Source: a virus
Taxonomy: Duplodnaviria > Caudoviricetes
Reading direction: 5' to 3' (one strand)
Length of the DNA stretch: 27,207 nucleotides
Virus record (IMG/VR): IMGVR_UViG_3300030097_000283
Span: 1-27,207 of that record
Notes under the pieces: model-generated
The model's input: only the letters and a program-made list of their open reading frames with translations
Databases searched by the model: none
What the model was told of the DNA's origin: nothing
Made by a program: the position numbers and the translations under genes
Shown: positions 23,076 through 27,207 of the stretch, piece by piece
Numbering within the stretch: position 1 is the first letter of the stretch
How the letters are laid out: every line of letters starts with the position of its first letter

Positions 23076-24031
23076 TAGAATTTAGCCGGTTTTAGTCCTG
23101 CTTCCTTTCGCTCTTTCTGAATCTTAGCTCTATCCTTTGCGCCCTCGACTGCTTCCTGCTTCTCTTCCTTCTTGGCTTCTGGTAATGAGGAGGGTGTCAC
23201 TACTGAGAGACTGTGGACGCAATTCGGGTGGAATAGCCCGTCTGCAGTAGCCTCTGCAACCGTTGGGTATCCCTTAGTTGCACCTGTAGCCGATAGAATC
23301 TTTCCCGCCCATCGTGAGCAAGGGTCGTTAGGTTCAAGGCTTCCCGCTGTAATCCCGCCCTCCACCTGTCTTAAATCATAACCGGCGTCAGTAGCCGTTT
23401 CGTTGTATGTCTCGCGGGCAACGTTTGCCGTGACGGTTCTGTTTAACATTGCAAAATAAGCGTCTGTCTGCATCCTGCGCCCGTTCTTGTCTCTGATGAT
23501 GAGGGAAGGTTTTATGGCTCCTACTGCCTTTTTCATCTCCTCGGCCATCTGTGGGGTCGTGAGACCCGTTAAAGCCCCCTTCCTGAGTGTGTCTGTAACA
23601 GCTACCCGAACAGCGTCAATATCACTCTTTGCCATTGAGCCTATTCGGGGATTTAAAAGGACGCGCTTGTCAACGTTTGAAGGGCTGACGTTTTGCGTGA
23701 TTGTGTCTAAGTGCTTTTTAGAGAATGCGCCGAACGTACCGCCCTCTCCTTTTGGTAAATCATCAACCGCTAACGTGTGCCAGGCTTTCGCCGTCTTCTT
23801 GGTCTGACCCTCTACCCATCCATCAAGGTTCTTATTAAGCCTGACGTATTCGGAAACTATGCCGGTATATAAGCCATTTCGAACGGACGCAGCGGTTGCA
23901 AAGTTGCCTTTGTCAAGAGCTTTCTTTATTTTACCTTCGACCTCTTTCTTAGACTGCTCAACAATCCTTAAAAGGTCCTTCTCTCCATCCTTGATCTGCT
24001 TGCGGAGGATTTTAGAAGCGTTTTTAGCCAT
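23075..24031 (-). CDS. Minor capsid / head morphogenesis protein (MuF/gp7-related)
   Basis: RDKNGRR...D.Y..M..RT, C..W.GKI.S, GLFHPNC.H motifs. Confidence 0.85.
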   Translation of the reverse strand: MAKNASKILRKQIKDGEKDLLRIVEQSKKEVEGKIKKALDKGNFATAASVRNGLYTGIVSEYVRLNKNLDGWVEGQTKKTAKAWHTLAVDDLPKGEGGTFGAFSKKHLDTITQNVSPSNVDKRVLLNPRIGSMAKSDIDAVRVAVTDTLRKGALTGLTTPQMAEEMKKAVGAIKPSLIIRDKNGRRMQTDAYFAMLNRTVTANVARETYNETATDAGYDLRQVEGGITAGSLEPNDPCSRWAGKILSATGATKGYPTVAEATADGLFHPNCVHSLSVVTPSSLPEAKKEEKQEAVEGAKDRAKIQKERKEAGLKPAKF

Positions 24032-24038
24032 TGGTGGA

Positions 24039-24416
24039 TTACCCTTTGACTATACGAACGCGGGGAATTGCCATGTATCGATTCGCCATTGGTGAAATTG
24101 TAACGCCGTAATACTTATCGCGTTGTTCTGTGTCTGCTGTCTCGACTAATTCGGCGTCGGTTTCTGATGCGCGTTGCCTGACGTTGTTCTCAAGTATAAA
24201 AAGGATCTGCTCAAAATGTGCGTAATCATCTCTATACCTCGATGTTCCGCTTGGGTCTGACAATTCACGTCGAAGCATCACCTCAAGCTCGCGTAAAGCC
24301 TGTGCAAACCCTCCTGTGCGCTCTTCAAGGGTAAACTGAAGCCAATCGAAACTACTCGTATGATTATCAGCCTCAAAGTATGTATTCGCGTCTGTGATTG
24401 TCTTTGTGTATGCCAT
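24039..24416 (-). CDS. Head-tail adaptor (connector) protein
   Basis: T...ANTYF N-terminal motif; helical, 125 aa; follows capsid gene. Confidence 0.65.
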   Translation of the reverse strand: MAYTKTITDANTYFEADNHTSSFDWLQFTLEERTGGFAQALRELEVMLRRELSDPSGTSRYRDDYAHFEQILFILENNVRQRASETDAELVETADTEQRDKYYGVTISPMANRYMAIPRVRIVKG

Positions 24417-24418
24417 GA

Positions 24419-24583
24419 TTAAACCTTTTTACTGGTTGCTTTCTTCTTGGTGGTCTTTTTCTTAGTCGTCTTCTTCTTTACTACCACCGGCTTGGCTTCT
24501 TTCACTACTGGCTCAACCTTGATCGGCTCAACCACTACTTTAATCGGCTCAACTGGTCGTACTGTGTTCGGTGTGTAATCCAT
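24419..24583 (-). CDS. 54-aa Pro/Val/Lys-rich protein, not in ORF track
   Basis: MDYTPNTVRPVEPIKVVVEPIKVEPVVKEAKPVVVKKKTTKKKTTKKKATSKKV; AAGGAG RBS. Confidence 0.7.
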   Translation of the reverse strand: MDYTPNTVRPVEPIKVVVEPIKVEPVVKEAKPVVVKKKTTKKKTTKKKATSKKV

Positions 24584-24593
24584 AATGCTCCTT

Positions 24594-24622
24594 AAAAGCG
24601 GGGAGGTGGTCGTCCCTCCCCT
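24594..24622 (-). terminator. Intrinsic terminator after the major capsid gene
   Basis: GGGGAGG-N8-CCTCCCC-GC-TTTT. Confidence 0.75.
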
Positions 24623-24628
24623 TCACTA

Positions 24629-25486
24629 TTAGCTAGTTGCGATAGTTACTTCGTTCAAGTTAACGTCGATGCTGATTTCAGGACGATAGGTTTTGAACCC
24701 ACCGATTCCAAGCATACGATAACCGTCTGCGATACGTCCTTCAAGACGGATACCTTCATCCGTGATGATGTCAGTAGCCATTGCGATGGAGGTTCCTTCG
24801 ACACCGGCTAAACCGTGATCAGTTGCAGTCTCATTTACGCAGTTGTTAGAGACATACAGATTGACTCCGAAGAAGTTCCCGATTAGCCCGTTAGTTACAA
24901 CCTGATCAGCTTTATCAGATGCAAGTTTTCCACCGTAGTAGAGAAGGGTTGCTTCTTCAACTTCTGGCGTTCCGATTACGAACTGTTGACCGGCAGGAGC
25001 GTTTGCACCTTTTAGCTGACGACGAATAGAAGCATAGAACGCAGGAATGTTTGCTGCGGTGTCTGCTGTAAACTGCCAATCAGTTGTTCCGGTTTCGTAA
25101 GAGTCAAGCCCTGCGTTTGCATACTCAGCCATTCCTCGCTGATCGAAGTAGTCACCAATCTGGTAACCGGCATCAATCAAAAGCTCGGATAAATAGTTAA
25201 CGTCAGACGTTGCTTTAACAGAGTCTTCGTTCTTGAATGCTACATAACGATCAAGATTAATCAACAGGTCGCTAGTTGCGTCTGAAGGATCTTCGTAGGT
25301 GATGCTGCCGGCAGCATAATCCTGCGCTGTTAGATTACCGAGCGAGAGAATGTGCAAGGTGTCACCCTGCCCCCATACTTCTTCACGGAACCGTGTGTTT
25401 GCTACTTTCATGAATGGAAGGTCTTTGCGGAGACCAGCCAAAACTGTTTTACGCCATACTTCTGGGATTACATTTGCGAGTGCCAT
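24629..25486 (-). CDS. Major capsid protein (HK97 fold, P22-coat-like)
   Basis: IPEVW...L...., GDTLHI, L..ANAP......V..P, G.IG.FFG...YVSNN, G.K..RPE motifs. Confidence 0.9.
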   Translation of the reverse strand: MALANVIPEVWRKTVLAGLRKDLPFMKVANTRFREEVWGQGDTLHILSLGNLTAQDYAAGSITYEDPSDATSDLLINLDRYVAFKNEDSVKATSDVNYLSELLIDAGYQIGDYFDQRGMAEYANAGLDSYETGTTDWQFTADTAANIPAFYASIRRQLKGANAPAGQQFVIGTPEVEEATLLYYGGKLASDKADQVVTNGLIGNFFGVNLYVSNNCVNETATDHGLAGVEGTSIAMATDIITDEGIRLEGRIADGYRMLGIGGFKTYRPEISIDVNLNEVTIATS

Positions 25487-25515
25487 AATTTACTACTTTC
25501 TTTTTATTGTTATTG

Positions 25516-26181
25516 TTATTGGTTGTTTGCTTCTGTTGCTGCCTTCAAGTAACCTGCAGGATCGTTTAAGATGTCAGCGTCCGAAGTCGCTAAAATCCTG
25601 TCCATTCCTGTGGCGGTTCCCTGTTGGCCTTGTGTTGCGTTGCCAGGTCGTGAGCTTGTCCCGTTTGGAACCTTTGCAGCTAACTGCCCTGCGTACTTTT
25701 CAGACATGGATTTAACGCGATCAGCGACTAAAACATCATTACCTAAATCAATGCCTTCAAATTCCTTTGCAAGAATGATCGAGCGCATATCTTCTGGCAC
25801 TGATGGCATCCAATCAAAGCCTGAACCAATCTTATTAAGCGAGTGCATTTGCTTCTCACCGTTGTAAGTCGTTTCTAACTCTGAATATTTACCATTCGCT
25901 GCATCGAGCTGAGACTGCAACCGCGTCATATCAAGTTTAAGCTTTTCGACCTCACCGAGATCTTTGCTTTCTAACTCATCAATTCGCACCTGTAACGCCT
26001 CTGCTTTGTCTTGTGCTTTCTTTTTAGCCGTATTGATGCCGGCTGACTTTCCCTCAGACGCTACTAATTGAGCCTCTAGTGCTGTTAGTCTAGCTGCGGT
26101 TCCATCGTCCTTTGATAGTGAGGTAATTACTTCCTCGCTAACTCCGGCTGCCTTCAATACTTCTAGTGTTTTATCGTCCAT
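25516..26181 (-). CDS. Capsid scaffolding protein
   Basis: Coiled coil then G/T-rich linker and short C-terminal helix; between portal and capsid genes. Confidence 0.8.
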   Translation of the reverse strand: MDDKTLEVLKAAGVSEEVITSLSKDDGTAARLTALEAQLVASEGKSAGINTAKKKAQDKAEALQVRIDELESKDLGEVEKLKLDMTRLQSQLDAANGKYSELETTYNGEKQMHSLNKIGSGFDWMPSVPEDMRSIILAKEFEGIDLGNDVLVADRVKSMSEKYAGQLAAKVPNGTSSRPGNATQGQQGTATGMDRILATSDADILNDPAGYLKAATEANNQ

Positions 26182-26195
26182 GTATTCTTACTCCT

Positions 26196-26249
26196 ACGCT
26201 CTTAATGGTCGCGCCAACCAATAACACAATCAATGGCCTGTGTTCGCCA
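26196..26249 (-). promoter_or_regulatory. Tandem H-type RNA pseudoknots in the scaffold gene leader
   Basis: TGGC/GCCA + AACACA/TGTGTT; TGGTT/GACCA + GCGC/GCGT; directly followed by AGGAG. Confidence 0.6.
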
Positions 26250-26273
26250 AAAAGCCCGCTTTCGGTGCAGGTT
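26249..26273 (-). terminator. Possible weak terminator after the portal gene
   Basis: AACCTGC-ACCGAAA-GCGGGCT-TTTT. Confidence 0.45.
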
Positions 26274-27207
26274 ATACCGTTAAATTCTCAAGCTCTGGAA
26301 TGCCCATTACTGTCGGGTTAAACTCCTTAATAGCGTCAACCACAATTTGACGTGTCTCGTCATCCAGGCCAGACCCTACACGCTCAACACGGTTTAAGAT
26401 CTTCTCAAGGATGACGCGGGACATCTCAACCGGCATAGGGGCATTCACCGTCATGATTAAAGCATTTAGCTCTTCGCTAAAGTCGCCTATATCAAAGTCT
26501 CGATTATAGATGGGAGTCCACTCGGACATGGAGGGATCAAACTCGGCTGTAATCTTTGCAGCGCGTGTTTCGGCTTCTTCTAATGTCTGCGCTCGTCCCT
26601 TCATGACCTGAGCCACATCTAGGAAGTCCCACGCCTTAGACTCTGCGCTTGCAACCTGCTTTGATTCGCTCTGAAGCATAAGCCCTACAGAGTCGAACAT
26701 GTTGTATTTTAAAGCCTGTATTTCTTCACGTGGAGCCTTCAAAGCACCTGAGTCTGGCATTAAGTAAAACGGGTTTATATCTCCCTCTGAGATTAGAATA
26801 GGGGAGTTCTGACCAAACACTAATGAAGTTGCACCGGCCACGTCTGTGGCGTAAGCGTCTGCCACGTTCTGCAGTACAGAGGCGGGTAATACAATCTGCG
26901 GATAGGATGAACGGAAGAAGTTTGCACGATTAACGCTCTCTAAGTCCATGATAGTGCGGTTGATTGACTCAATATCATCAAAGCTATAACCGCCTGCAAT
27001 AATCTTACCCACTAGAACGAACGGAACACCATCATAATTAAATGAAGTGGTTACGCGGGAAACCTCAACCCATTTGCCGTCTTCGTCCATCCCCTGCTTA
27101 ATCACTTCAACTTCGCCGGAAGACCAGATGCGCCGAACCTTAAGCGTTTGAGGTGCTTCTTTAGGGCTGCCGGCTGAGTATTCAACGCCTTCTGTGATAA
27201 GCCATTC
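26272..27207 (-). CDS. Portal protein, 5'-truncated by the window edge
   Basis: Frame is open to position 27207; VASAESKAWDF and I.Y.RDFD motifs of portal C-halves; upstream of scaffold and capsid. Confidence 0.8.
   Translation of the reverse strand, partial: EWLITEGVEYSAGSPKEAPQTLKVRRIWSSGEVEVIKQGMDEDGKWVEVSRVTTSFNYDGVPFVLVGKIIAGGYSFDDIESINRTIMDLESVNRANFFRSSYPQIVLPASVLQNVADAYATDVAGATSLVFGQNSPILISEGDINPFYLMPDSGALKAPREEIQALKYNMFDSVGLMLQSESKQVASAESKAWDFLDVAQVMKGRAQTLEEAETRAAKITAEFDPSMSEWTPIYNRDFDIGDFSEELNALIMTVNAPMPVEMSRVILEKILNRVERVGSGLDDETRQIVVDAIKEFNPTVMGIPELENLTV

Noticed and set aside
772-25867. Plus-strand ORFs antisense to replication and structural genes (for example 772..1188, 12974..13375, 20611..21027, 25350..25715)
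   Set aside because: Fully overlap motif-supported minus-strand genes and show no recognisable motifs or RBS.

Overview
The window is a 27 kb segment of a tailed dsDNA phage or prophage (siphovirus-like; no integrase, CI repressor, terminase or tRNA seen within it). From 1 to 7.5 kb on the minus strand are early and replication genes: a DUF3127 SSB-like protein, a fused primase-helicase, a lambda-O-like initiator with internal repeats, a GIY-YIG nuclease, a DEDD exonuclease, a pentapeptide-repeat protein and small ORFs. A divergent promoter region at about 7.52-7.67 kb drives a rightward operon (unannotated ribbon-helix-helix gene, YqaJ exonuclease plus partner, DUF5664-like protein, micro-ORFs) that ends at converging terminators near 10.5-10.6 kb. 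From 10.6 to 27.2 kb on the minus strand is the late module: partial portal, scaffold, major capsid, neck, tail tube, chaperone, short tape measure, LamG fibre/spike genes and a non-canonical lysis-like cassette. The most notable non-gene signals are (1) integron attC-like sites bracketing a small early gene at the left edge, (2) an identical 12-mer ATCATACTAGAC 48-51 nt upstream of three operon starts, (3) a CCC-TTT-TGA +1 shifty stop at the end of the LamG protein, (4) tandem H-type pseudoknots abutting the scaffold RBS, and (5) a 36-aa, +16-charge peptide in the lysis-like region. All family assignments are by eye from motifs and synteny, not from database searches.
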